Source: Clostridia bacterium
GTDB taxonomy: Bacteria > Bacillota > Clostridia > Oscillospirales > CAG-272
Direction of reading: 5' to 3'
NCBI GenBank assembly: GCA_017938885.1
Contig: JAGBAS010000093.1
Coordinates: 3,190-67,189 of the forward strand
Length of the DNA: 64,000 nucleotides
In this document: positions 43,640-52,506 of the stretch, piece after piece
Layout: every line of letters begins with the position of its first letter
Position numbering within the stretch: the stretch's first letter is position 1
The notes under the pieces: model-generated
What the model saw: only the letters and a program-made list of their open reading frames with translations
What the model was told of the DNA's origin: nothing
Databases searched by the model: none
Translations under genes and position numbers: made by a program

Positions 43640-46330
43640 TCAGTTCCAGTAGACCTCGATCTCGGAGACCTGCATGAGGTATCCGCCCAGATTGGCCTCA
43701 TAGTTGCCTGTCAGCTTACGGGCGACGATGCGGACGAAGCGTGCCTGCTTGTCGCTATCCAGCTTAATGAAGCGGCCGACGCCCTTTGTCTCGGTGTCGT
43801 TGTCGATGGAGTAGACCGTCTCCCAGGTGTCGCCGTCCGAGGAGATCTGGATCTCGTAGGCAGAGGGGAAATAGCCGCCGTTCTGGCGAGGGTAGATATG
43901 GACTTCATTGACGGTATAGGTTGCGCCCAGATCCACACCGCCCCAGCAGGTATCGGGCTCGCACTCTCTCTTGGGCATACCCTGGGCCATCCAGCCGTTG
44001 GTGCCGCCGTCCTTGCCTGTCAAAAGCTTCTTGCCGTCGGTGAGGTAAGCCAGCCCCCAGGCGTCAATGGTATGCTCGTAGGCCGAGCCGCTGGCGATGG
44101 GGGTCTTGCCCAGGGCGTAGTTGACACCCTTCTCCTGCACCAACTCCTCATAGGAAGTAGCGGGAGGGGCGGGGATCGAGCCGTCGTCGTTGTAGATCTC
44201 GATCTCGCAAAGCTCCACGGACAGACTGCCGCCAGAGATCTCGATTCTGACGCGGGATGCGGTGACGGCGTCAAAGCGGAGGACGGGCACCTCGGTGGTG
44301 GGTCGGGCGATTCCGCTCTGCTCATAGATCACCGTCCACTCGTCGGGCGTTTCGGCGGAGGCCACCGAGATCTTGATCTCCGTGGGGAACTGCGCCGCGA
44401 AGCTCACGCCCTCTCCCGTGGGGTAGAGATCCATGCGGTTGAAGGTCACCGGGGTATTGAAAATAAAGGTCATCTCCCCTGTCTGCCCGGCGGGCACCCT
44501 CCAGCCCTGTCTTTCGTCGGTGGAGGTGCGCTGACCGTCCAAAGCGCAGGCGATGAAATAGCCGTTCGAGCCGTGAGAGGTAGTGGCGGTGACTTTACCT
44601 GCCGAGGCGGCCAAATTGGCGGTAGGCTCGGCGGGGGTGCGGTGATCTCCCGCGGGGAGCTTGTAGAAGGCGTAGTCGCCGGCCTTGAGGGTCACCGACA
44701 GGAGCCCGCCCGCAAGGGTCACTTCCTTGCCCACCCCCGTGCGGGTGTCGATCTCCACCACCGAGGCCACGTCCTTCAGGATGAATTCAAGGGTAGACTC
44801 GGATTTCATGTTCTTGTTGACAAGCATGAGGTACTGCTCCCCCGTCTCGCCGTTGTGGAGCAGAGAGACAATGGCATACTCGTTGCCCTTGGGCTGGGCA
44901 AAGAAGGAGGCGGGCACCTTCTCGTAGACTACGCTGGTGGAGCGGTTGCCGCTGTGGTAGACCTCCACGGCCTCGCAGTCCACCAGAATGGGGCCGATGG
45001 TGTGGGCGCGGAGATGGAGATCCGTGGCTATGGGATAGAGGTCGGTGGGTTTGCCGTCTTTTCCGATGATGGCGTCGGTGTAGTCGTTGTAGGTGGTGTT
45101 CTCGGGGTCAGCGCCGTAATCGGGCACGAACCACGACCAGTACTTCACCCACTTGAAGCCGTAGGCCAGAGCCGAGGCCATGTGATAGGTGAGCTGCGCC
45201 TCATCGGGACGGCGGTAGGAGTTTCCGAAGCCGCCCACGGCCTGAATGTAGAAAGCGGTGGGCACGCGGTTGCGGAGTCCCGCACGGCGGCAGGCCTCAA
45301 GGTTGCCGAACAGGGCTGCCTCATCCACCGAGCCGTCCACAGGGCCGAAGGGGTAGTTGTCAAAGGAAAGGTAGGTCACACTCTCCTCACCCAGCAGCTT
45401 GCAGTAGTCATCCATGCGCAGCTCGTACTCCAGCATGGAGGGGTAAGCACCGCCGGGGAGGAAGTTGACGTCGGTGATGGCATCGGGATCCAGCACACCC
45501 AGCTTTCTCTGGATAGCGGCGTAGGGAGAGCAATCGTAGGGCTCGTCAATGAGGTGGTAACCCGCCATAGCGGGGTGGCCGTCAAAGCGGCTCACCAGGC
45601 GTTCCAAATCACGGTCGGTATCGTCCAGAATATTGCCCAGCATGTCGTTGGTGGAATGGACCAGCACGCGGATGCCGTTTCCTCCCGACCAGGTGTTCAG
45701 GGCGGTCTTCAGCATATTGTTGCTGACGGTATAGTCGGCGGTCTCAATGCCCGAGACAGCCACCACCATGTCCACGCCCGCGTCCTTCATGTAGCCGAGC
45801 TGCTCGTCGTTGACCCATTTTCCGCGCCAGACGGGAACGGAAATGATAATGTTATCCCGCAAATCACCCACGATATGCAGGGTCGCTTGTGCCTCGGTGC
45901 CGTACTTCTCCTCGCGGACGGTCAGAGTATAGTCACCCGCCTTGAGCGCGGTGATCCTTCCGTCCTCGGCCACCGAAATAACACCTTCCTCCTCCACGCG
46001 AGGGGTCAGGGCAACGGTATCGGGCTCGTTGAAGCTGAACTTGCCCTCGGGCATGAAGGAACCGCCCACCACGAGGTAGTAGGTATCCTGCGTCAGAGAA
46101 AAGCTGCCGTCACCGATATCGGCGTATTCCTTGTCGGGGGTGGTATCGCTCTCACCCTCGTTAACGGTGGGGGCTTCTGTGACGCTGTCGGCGTCAGGCG
46201 TGTCGCTCTCGGGAGCGGGCGTGTCACTCTCGCCGGGGGTATCGCCGTTACAGGCGGTGATACACAGGAGCAGGGCCAGCAGCAGGCCCATCACCCCAAG
46301 GGCGCGCTTCAGAATACGGGTGCGTTTCAT
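43640..46330 (-). CDS. Lipoprotein: Big_2-like module, TIM-barrel glycosidase-like domain (paralog of 17826-20822), two C-terminal F5/8 type C discoidin domains
   Basis: Lipobox LLLCITAC. The paralog motifs are listed under 17826-20822. The discoidin ends are VRIEISGGSLSVELCEIEIY and FVRIVARKL...YLMQVSEIEVYWN. Confidence 0.8.
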   Translation of the reverse strand: MKRTRILKRALGVMGLLLALLLCITACNGDTPGESDTPAPESDTPDADSVTEAPTVNEGESDTTPDKEYADIGDGSFSLTQDTYYLVVGGSFMPEGKFSFNEPDTVALTPRVEEEGVISVAEDGRITALKAGDYTLTVREEKYGTEAQATLHIVGDLRDNIIISVPVWRGKWVNDEQLGYMKDAGVDMVVAVSGIETADYTVSNNMLKTALNTWSGGNGIRVLVHSTNDMLGNILDDTDRDLERLVSRFDGHPAMAGYHLIDEPYDCSPYAAIQRKLGVLDPDAITDVNFLPGGAYPSMLEYELRMDDYCKLLGEESVTYLSFDNYPFGPVDGSVDEAALFGNLEACRRAGLRNRVPTAFYIQAVGGFGNSYRRPDEAQLTYHMASALAYGFKWVKYWSWFVPDYGADPENTTYNDYTDAIIGKDGKPTDLYPIATDLHLRAHTIGPILVDCEAVEVYHSGNRSTSVVYEKVPASFFAQPKGNEYAIVSLLHNGETGEQYLMLVNKNMKSESTLEFILKDVASVVEIDTRTGVGKEVTLAGGLLSVTLKAGDYAFYKLPAGDHRTPAEPTANLAASAGKVTATTSHGSNGYFIACALDGQRTSTDERQGWRVPAGQTGEMTFIFNTPVTFNRMDLYPTGEGVSFAAQFPTEIKISVASAETPDEWTVIYEQSGIARPTTEVPVLRFDAVTASRVRIEISGGSLSVELCEIEIYNDDGSIPAPPATSYEELVQEKGVNYALGKTPIASGSAYEHTIDAWGLAYLTDGKKLLTGKDGGTNGWMAQGMPKRECEPDTCWGGVDLGATYTVNEVHIYPRQNGGYFPSAYEIQISSDGDTWETVYSIDNDTETKGVGRFIKLDSDKQARFVRIVARKLTGNYEANLGGYLMQVSEIEVYWN

Positions 46331-46375
46331 ACAGGATCCTTTCCCGCCGCGAGGGCGTGGGGATTTTTCTTGTCC

Positions 46376-46404
46376 ATTATATCAAATCATACCACGATTG
46401 TCAA
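46376..46404 (-). promoter_or_regulatory. Perfect-consensus sigma-70 promoter of 43640-46330
   Basis: The minus strand reads TTGACA-N17-TATAAT, about 45 nt upstream of the ATG at 46330. Confidence 0.7.
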
Positions 46405-46455
46405 GAGCAGCTCTGTTTTTTTGGTCACTTCCACCAGGAATTCTTTGGAAATCCC

Positions 46456-46484
46456 TTGACAAATCCCCCGTCTGTCGGTATAAT
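46456..46484 (+). promoter_or_regulatory. Perfect-consensus sigma-70 promoter of 46515-48662
   Basis: TTGACA (46456-61), N17 (aatcccccgtctgtcgg), TATAAT (46479-84). RBS gaaaggag at 46501. Confidence 0.7.
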
Positions 46485-46514
46485 GAAATCACCACTCCGA
46501 GAAAGGAGCTTTCT

Positions 46515-48662
46515 ATGAACCGTACCGTTACACGCCGCGCCCTGCCGTGGCTTCTTGCTCTGCTCATCCTCTGCCCGCTCACCGCCTGCGACAGAGGCAT
46601 TGATCCTGCCGAAACCGCGTCGCCTACCGATGAGGTGACTTCAACCGTCGGAGACCCTGTGGAAACGCCCGAGGACTCCGAAAGCGGCGCCGAGTCCCCC
46701 ACCGAATCCCCCACCGAGACACCCACCGAGACCCCCACCGAGGACGAGACCCAACCGCCCGAGGCCGACGACGGCACCATCCGCTTTGCCGTCCTCAGCG
46801 ACGTGCACATCGGCAAGTCCAACCTCCCCACCGATCCCGCCGATAAATTCGCCGCCGCGCTGGACACCGTCCACCGTGTGATGGGGACTCCCGATGCCAT
46901 CGTCATTGCAGGAGATCTCACCGATCTGGGCACCGATGCCCAGTATCAGGCGTTCAATACCGTTCTGTGGGATCACGTCCCCGGGGACACGGCGGTCTGT
47001 ACCGTCATGGGCAACCACGAGTATTTCCGTGACGGCGTGGTGCGCTTCGGCGGTGAGAGCGCGGCATTCATCAAGGAATGTCAGGATGCCTACCGCGGGG
47101 TTTTGGGTGAGCTGCACACCGATACCGTTGTGGACGGGATGCACATCATCGGCGTCTCCCCTTTGAGCAGCGCAGCTGACTATACCGCCGCCACCGACTT
47201 TCTCTGCGAGCACGTCCGCGCCGCCGCCGAGGAGGATCCCGTCATGCCCATCATCGTCTTCTCCCACGAGGGCTTCGGCTCCCTCCACGCCACGGGAGGC
47301 GGCCGCTTCGGAGCGGAGCTGGACAAGCTCATGCGGGAATACCCTCAAATCATCGCTTTTTCGGGGCATACCCACTACGCGCTGAACGATCCCCGCATGA
47401 TCCGTCAAAGCCTTATCACCTCCATCCAGACCTCTACCGTGGGCGCGGATTTCTGGAACTACAGCGGCATGGATCCCGCCCAGCCCGAGGGACGGGAGAC
47501 CGCCTCCCAGGGTCTTTTCGTAGAGGTCAGTCCCGACAAGGTGGTGACCGTCACCCGCTATGATTTCACCAACGATACCGCTATCGGGGAGGCGTGGGTG
47601 ATCGATGTCCCCGCCGTGGTGGAGTCCCGCGAGTCCTTTGCCTACACCGATGCCCGCAAGGATGCCGCAGAGGCTCCCTTATTCCCCGCGAACGCCAAGG
47701 CCGAGGTGAGGGGGATCACCTCCTATACCGCCACCCTCACCTTCCCCGCCGCTACGGTGGAGGATACGGTCTCAGACGGCTGTATCACCGCTTACTGCGT
47801 CGAGGTCAAGGATAGGGAAAGCGGCGCGGTCTACTTCTCCAAGTCCTTCCCTGCCGACAGCCACATGGGCAATGCCGCCAAAGAGCAGCTTACCGTTGAG
47901 TTGACAGGGCTGGAGCACGGGGTTGACTATACCCTCACGGTCACGGCCGAGAGCGCGTGGGGCAAGGTCTCCCGGCCCTTGACGGTGAACTTCTCCACCC
48001 CCAAGGATGAGAGCGCGGCTCCCGAACAGATGCCCGACAGGCTTCTCCACGTGGATTACACCACGGGTTCCCCCGCCGACACCGTCTCAGGGCTGACTAT
48101 GGAAACCTTTGGCACCCCCGTTCTGAAGGACGGCATGGCTGTTCTGGATAAGGAGAGCGTCTACGGCTACCACCTCACCGATAAAGAATACGCTGCCCTG
48201 ACGAATCAAGTCTCCATCGAGGCCACCGTCTACATTGACCGCGATCAGACCTACCCCTGGGGTTACGTCATGATCGTGGGCAACGCCGAGGCCGGGGGCT
48301 ATGACATCGCCGTGGTCAATGGCAAGGGAATGCAGTTCGAGGTCAATATCGGCGGCACCTACAAGCAGGTCGTCGTCCCCACGCCCTTCGGCCGCTGGGT
48401 TCACATCATCGCCTCCTACGATGGGCAGAACCTTCGTATCTACCTGGATGGTGAACTGGCCGCCTCCACCCCCTGCTCGGGAAGCATCAAGCACGTGGGA
48501 GAGAAGTCCCGCAAGCTCATGGTGGGTGCCGACGTCAACCAGGACGGTGTTCCCCAGTGCATCTCCAACATCAAGATCACCAAGGTCTCCCTCTACGCGG
48601 GCGGGATCTCGGCGGAGCAGGCAGCGGTTCTCTTTGCGGAGGCCGAGGTACCTACCGCATAA
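46515..48662 (+). CDS. Secreted lipoprotein: calcineurin-like metallophosphoesterase with C-terminal LamG/concanavalin-like domain
   Basis: Start at MNRTVTRRALPWLLALLILCPLTAC (lipobox); the 128-codon upstream extension in the ORF track is rejected. FAVLSDVHIG, IVIAGDLTD, VMGNHEY and FSGHTHY are phosphoesterase motifs. C-terminal LamG-like segment: WVHIIASYDGQNLRIYLDGEL. Confidence 0.8.
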   Translation: MNRTVTRRALPWLLALLILCPLTACDRGIDPAETASPTDEVTSTVGDPVETPEDSESGAESPTESPTETPTETPTEDETQPPEADDGTIRFAVLSDVHIGKSNLPTDPADKFAAALDTVHRVMGTPDAIVIAGDLTDLGTDAQYQAFNTVLWDHVPGDTAVCTVMGNHEYFRDGVVRFGGESAAFIKECQDAYRGVLGELHTDTVVDGMHIIGVSPLSSAADYTAATDFLCEHVRAAAEEDPVMPIIVFSHEGFGSLHATGGGRFGAELDKLMREYPQIIAFSGHTHYALNDPRMIRQSLITSIQTSTVGADFWNYSGMDPAQPEGRETASQGLFVEVSPDKVVTVTRYDFTNDTAIGEAWVIDVPAVVESRESFAYTDARKDAAEAPLFPANAKAEVRGITSYTATLTFPAATVEDTVSDGCITAYCVEVKDRESGAVYFSKSFPADSHMGNAAKEQLTVELTGLEHGVDYTLTVTAESAWGKVSRPLTVNFSTPKDESAAPEQMPDRLLHVDYTTGSPADTVSGLTMETFGTPVLKDGMAVLDKESVYGYHLTDKEYAALTNQVSIEATVYIDRDQTYPWGYVMIVGNAEAGGYDIAVVNGKGMQFEVNIGGTYKQVVVPTPFGRWVHIIASYDGQNLRIYLDGELAASTPCSGSIKHVGEKSRKLMVGADVNQDGVPQCISNIKITKVSLYAGGISAEQAAVLFAEAEVPTA

Positions 48663-48684
48663 TGGTTCCCAATCGTTCATATAG

Positions 48685-48722
48685 AAAGAACCTCCCACGG
48701 CAATCGTCGTGGGAGGTTCTTT
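48685..48722 (+). terminator. Intrinsic terminator after 46515-48662
   Basis: gaacctcccacg-gcaatcgt-cgtgggaggttc followed by ttt. Confidence 0.65.
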
Positions 48723-48975
48723 GGGGAGGTTAGCGAACAAAAACGGAACCGTTTGTTTAAAGCAAAACACAGCCTCACCATCGCGGTGGGGCTGTGGTTT
48801 TTGTTGTAGAGATCACTTATAATTACACCGATAACAAAGAAGATCCCGACGACGATCGCCGGGATTTTTTATTATGCGAAACAACTTTTGAAACGCCATT
48901 GTATGAGAACAAAACGGCAAGGACGTTTACACAGACCATGCAGGTGTTTATTTATTTCTAAAAAGCAAAAAAGGC

Positions 48976-49062
48976 GCAAAAAAAGAGCGAGTCGGACACT
49001 TTTTAGGTGTTCAACTCGCTCTGACTTGGCGGAGATGGGGGAATGCCATTCATGTACACAAC
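48976..49062 (-). repeat. Hairpin+GGCGGAG module, subtype 1 (d), without an intact promoter
   Basis: gagcgagtcggacac / gtgttcaactcgctc hairpin, then tggcggagatgggggaatgccattcatgtacacaac, identical to the box in copy c. Confidence 0.65.
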
Positions 49063-49206
49063 ATTCTTTCCCCCTCAGATGTCCATACGAGCATCCGATG
49101 CCCCCCTTGTTCTCGTCAACCCTCAGCTCGAAAACTCATGCGACCGAATATACTCGATAAAAGCCCTCAGACTCTTTGACATCCATTTATTCTTATGATG
49201 GATCAA

Positions 49207-49497
49207 CTACTTCCAGATGTCGATATTCACGTCCGCAACGTCCAGGTAGCAGAGCGTTCCCGCCTCGACCTGCTCTCGGGCCACGAAATCGGGAAGGAAC
49301 GAGATCATGTCGCTGTGCGCCAATATGCTCGTAATGATACCGGTCCGCCCGATCTCCAGAACGGGTGTGATCTCCAAAGACTTTTTCACAAGCTCCTTAT
49401 CGAACACATGGAGATCCCCTTGACTGTACTCGGTCAGGATGAAGGGCTCGCCCGCTATATCATTCACAACTGAATCGTAACAAAGACTATGATGAAG
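49207..49497 (-). pseudogene. LysR-family regulator, C-terminal substrate-binding fragment
   Basis: GEPFILTEYSQGDLHVFDKELVKKSLEITPVLEIGRTGIITSILAHSDMISFLPDFVAREQVEAGTLCYLDV. The upstream part of the tracked ORF is antisense nonsense. Confidence 0.5.
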
Positions 49498-49722
49498 ACG
49501 GAAGCCGCAACGATTTTCACAGAGAGTCGGGGACGGTGCGATCCCGATAAAGGACTGCGGATTTCCTATCCCTTCTGAGCCGGAAGCCCCAAAGGTTTGG
49601 CCCTCGGGCCGGGCACCCGGCAGACGCTTCCCGTGCATGCTGCGTGAATGCATAGAGGTTATACGACCTCGAAGAGGTGGCGGAGCATTTGTATCCACAA
49701 TTTGAATGGTACCGCGAGTAAG

Positions 49723-49948
49723 GAGGCGCTGATGAATGCCTTGATCGTGGATATGGCCCTGGGGTGCTCCACCAACAGTATGCTCCATTTGCCCGCCATC
49801 TCCCACAAGTGCGGTGTGGAGCTGAATACGGATATCGCCAACGGGATCAGCGCGGTCACGCCCAATCTTTTCCATCTTACGCCCGCGGGCCATACCTACA
49901 TGGAGGATCTGAACAAGGCGGGCGATGTCTATGCGGTCATGGACACAT
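49723..49948 (+). pseudogene. ilvD: Dihydroxy-acid dehydratase internal fragment
   Basis: EALMNALIVDMALGCSTNSMLHLPAISHKCGVELNTDIANGISAVTPNLFHLTPAGHTYMEDLNKAGDVYAVM matches the conserved IlvD core (DMALGGSTN..LHL.AIA...G). The flanks are unrelated. Confidence 0.6.
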
Positions 49949-50288
49949 CACTCCGGCTCCTTCAGATAACCATATCGGCTGTCTTGTGAGGAGGTGCCGG
50001 GCCGTTAACGGCACCGTCCCACGCACCGTCGGGCACAGAGTAACGGCCATTTTTCATTGGTCAGCAGTCCTCGCCTTCTCTGCGCTTCACGGCAAACCCG
50101 GAGCAGCCCTTCCCCGAAGGCTCAGTGTCTGCGACCCAATCACTCGCAGTGTGTCCCTTGGATGGTCTCCGTGTAAGATAAACGGAAAGAGCAAGCCGGG
50201 CGCGATGACCGTGCCGGACTTGCTCTGCGTTGGCTGAGACCGCGTCACGCGGTACCCGGCTCACTCCTTCGGGCTGAGTCCTCTCGGT

Positions 50289-50558
50289 TCAGTCCTCGAT
50301 GATAAGCCCCAGGGCCTTGAGCTTTTCAATGATCGCCGCGACGTCCGCCCGGATGACCGCGGGATCCTCCCCGTAGTCCTCGCTCATGATGCTCACGATG
50401 TCTTCGACGTCCTTACCTTCGGCCAGCATATCCCAGATCTCCCCTCCGGTCGGTGTCAGGACGTACAGTCCGTTCATTTCGCCGGCGGCCTCGCCAACGG
50501 GCACCAGCATATCCTCGTCTGCGACACAGCGATGGATCACGTTTTCATTCACCTTCAT
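50289..50558 (-). CDS. PqqD-family protein (RiPP recognition element)
   Basis: MKVNENVIHRCVADEDMLVPVGEAAGEMNGLYVLTPTGGEIWDMLAEGKDVEDIVSIMSEDYGEDPAVIRADVAAIIEKLKALGLI is a typical PqqD pattern. The start overlaps the rSAM stop by 14 nt. Confidence 0.8.
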   Translation of the reverse strand: MKVNENVIHRCVADEDMLVPVGEAAGEMNGLYVLTPTGGEIWDMLAEGKDVEDIVSIMSEDYGEDPAVIRADVAAIIEKLKALGLIIED

Positions 50559-51681
50559 AACAATCCTCCTTGAGGGGGTATTTTTTCCGAATGGCCTCGG
50601 CCAGCTCATGGGTCATGCGGCAGACGTACTCGGGGCGGATATCGGTCCTCCCCGTTTCGGACAGGCAGGCCGCCGCGCAGAGGGGGCATTGTGCTCGAAG
50701 GGCGCACTCGCGGCAGGCGGCAGGTAGCAGGATCGCGGCGGTATCCCGTCGGGTAGCCTCCCAGGCCTCCGCGAAGCTCATGTGCTTCAAATCATACCCG
50801 TCGGTGGGGAACATCCCGCAGGGGAGCATACGGCCGTCCCACGTGACCCAGAAATTGGTCTTGCCCGCCCGACAGCTCATCCGTTCCCCCTGCCCGTCGG
50901 TACAGTCCTCCGTGGGGTCGTGGGGCTCCGTCGGAACCATATCTCGGATCTGCTCGGGATCCATGTATTGCTCGCGGCAGAGCAGTGTATGAGCGGCGGC
51001 CTCCTCCGCCGTAAAGCGACACGCCGCCTCTCCGTACGCGCCGCCGTTGATCCGGGACGGAGGGAACATATAGGCAGTCCCCTTGACCACCAGGTCATTC
51101 TCCCGCGCGAAGCGGTAAATCTCCGGGACGTCCTTGGCATTGATCGGAGTCACGGAAGCATTCAGGCGGACCTGGATCCCCGCCTCCCGCAGCATACGGA
51201 TATTGGCCGCAACGGTATGAAAGCTTCCCTGCCCGCACAGCGCTCGGTAGGTCTCGTCCGAGGCGCCGTACAAGGAGATGTTCATTCGCAAGGGAGGGTC
51301 CTTTTTGAAGAACGCCACCCAATCGGGATCGATCAGGGAAGCGTTGGTATTGATGGAGATGAGCAGGCCCAGCCTCTTGAGCCCGCTGTAGATCTCCCGA
51401 AAGTCCTTTCGGATCAAGGGCTCCCCTCCCGTCAAAAGGAGGAACACCATGCCGGCGTCACGGGCCACCCGCCCCAGCTCCAGCCATTCCCGGGCCGTCC
51501 ATTCCTCCTCGGCTCGCACGGTCTGGTGAACGTAGCACATACGGCAGTTGAAATTGCATCGGGGCGTCAGCTCAAAATTGCCCGAAAGGGGGATGCCCCT
51601 CGCGGAAGCCTTCGCGTGGATGTATTGGTTCCACAGGGGCTCGATCCCGCGGGGCGTTTTCATTTTTTCATTCATATCCAT
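50545..51681 (-). CDS. Radical SAM / SPASM-domain peptide-modifying enzyme
   Basis: CNFNCRMC (CX3CX2C, residues 42-49). LLLTGGEPLIR. SPASM region: CRAGKTNFWVTWDGRMLPC (C-x12-G-x4-C) and CRECALRAQCPLCAAAC. The start overlaps the stop of the upstream gene. Confidence 0.85.
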   Translation of the reverse strand: MDMNEKMKTPRGIEPLWNQYIHAKASARGIPLSGNFELTPRCNFNCRMCYVHQTVRAEEEWTAREWLELGRVARDAGMVFLLLTGGEPLIRKDFREIYSGLKRLGLLISINTNASLIDPDWVAFFKKDPPLRMNISLYGASDETYRALCGQGSFHTVAANIRMLREAGIQVRLNASVTPINAKDVPEIYRFARENDLVVKGTAYMFPPSRINGGAYGEAACRFTAEEAAAHTLLCREQYMDPEQIRDMVPTEPHDPTEDCTDGQGERMSCRAGKTNFWVTWDGRMLPCGMFPTDGYDLKHMSFAEAWEATRRDTAAILLPAACRECALRAQCPLCAAACLSETGRTDIRPEYVCRMTHELAEAIRKKYPLKEDCYEGE

Positions 51682-52445
51682 TTTTCCAGATCCTCTACGG
51701 CGGAGGGATGGTCGATACAGTCGTAGGAGAAGATCGGCACGTGAGCGATCAGATCCATCAGGAGGGAGAACATACGGTCCACGCTCCTCCCGTCGGTCTC
51801 GTCATAGGAGCACTGGGGCATGAGCCGCGTCAAGGCTTGGGACGGCCTGCACCGCTCCACACAGTTTTCCGCGCCCTGTCCCAGCAGGATGATGGCGCGG
51901 ATCGGAGCGGTAACATTCGCCGTCAGATGGGCGCTTCCCGTTGCCCATGCGCCCGACGCCATATAGATCCCGTCCTTCTTATGGATCATCACCCGATCCT
52001 CGTTGACCACGGTGCTTCCCCGTTCCCTTTCCCAGTAGCGGGCCTGGGTCGATTTCCCCGTCCCGCTGGGCGCGGAAAACAGGATGGCCTTGCCCTCGTG
52101 CAACACGTAGGAGGCATGGAGCAGGCAGGCACCGTGCTCCGGGAGCAGATCCGCCACGCGGGCGGCGATGAACAGGTTGGCCACCGTGATCTCGGGGAGC
52201 AGCTCGGTCCTCATATATACGGTGATCTCGCGTCCGTTCCTTTCGGTGATCACGGGCCAGGCATCCACGGGATGTCGATCGGGACCAAGGGGACGGACGA
52301 GCAGGACGTGATCGGGCAGCTCCGAGGGCTCCGAGGAAAACGCCTCGAAGCGGGCATCCTCCCGCATGGGGACAGGCGTCTCCACCCGAAAGGTCAGATC
52401 TCCGAAGGTATACTGCTTAATGATGGGGGGATGTCTCTCGTTCAT
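51672..52445 (-). CDS. HPr-kinase-C-terminal-like P-loop protein (HprK-related)
   Basis: CLLHASYVLHEGKAILFSAPSGTGKSTQARYWE...VVNEDRVMI has the HprK-like fold pattern with a P-loop. Confidence 0.65.
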   Translation of the reverse strand: MNERHPPIIKQYTFGDLTFRVETPVPMREDARFEAFSSEPSELPDHVLLVRPLGPDRHPVDAWPVITERNGREITVYMRTELLPEITVANLFIAARVADLLPEHGACLLHASYVLHEGKAILFSAPSGTGKSTQARYWERERGSTVVNEDRVMIHKKDGIYMASGAWATGSAHLTANVTAPIRAIILLGQGAENCVERCRPSQALTRLMPQCSYDETDGRSVDRMFSLLMDLIAHVPIFSYDCIDHPSAVEDLEKWI

Positions 52446-52460
52446 AGTTCCATATGGGCG

Positions 52461-52495
52461 AAAAGCACCTCCCCTCTACGTGGGGGAGGGCTTTT
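52461..52495 (-). terminator. Stem-loop with a short U-run between precursor and maturase genes (candidate leaky terminator or attenuator)
   Basis: The minus strand reads AAAAGC-CCTCCCC-cacgtaga-GGGGAGG-t-GC-TTTT. The core is 7 bp of perfect GC-rich stem, extended by 2 bp and A-U pairs. Confidence 0.55.
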
Positions 52496-52506
52496 CTCAG
52501 GTATCA

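Noticed and set aside
121-46459. Other long antisense ORFs (121-1248, 3134-4744, 8338-9312, 9328-10185, 14850-16004, 21662-22909, 24972-26045, 28296-29249, 33..38 kb plus-strand ORFs, 40321-41676, 43535-46459, 46641-47408 and others)
   Set aside because: All overlap stronger genes on the opposite strand in GC-rich DNA, where stop codons are rare. Their translations are low-complexity (Gly, Arg, Val, His-rich) and show no recognisable motifs.
46131-46514. N-terminal 128-codon extension of the phosphoesterase ORF in the track
   Set aside because: The extension overlaps the divergent gene start and both promoters, and its translation is nonsense. A consensus promoter, a GGAG RBS and a lipoprotein signal all point to the ATG at 46515.
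49990-50288. Possible structured RNA (RNase P-like AGCAAGTCCGG, UUCG-like loops) downstream of the PqqD gene
   Set aside because: The resemblance to the RNase P P4 or group II domain V consensus is only a few nucleotides. I could not build a consistent fold. It is more likely GC-rich gene debris continuous with the ilvD and LysR fragments. It is worth a cmscan but is not reportable.
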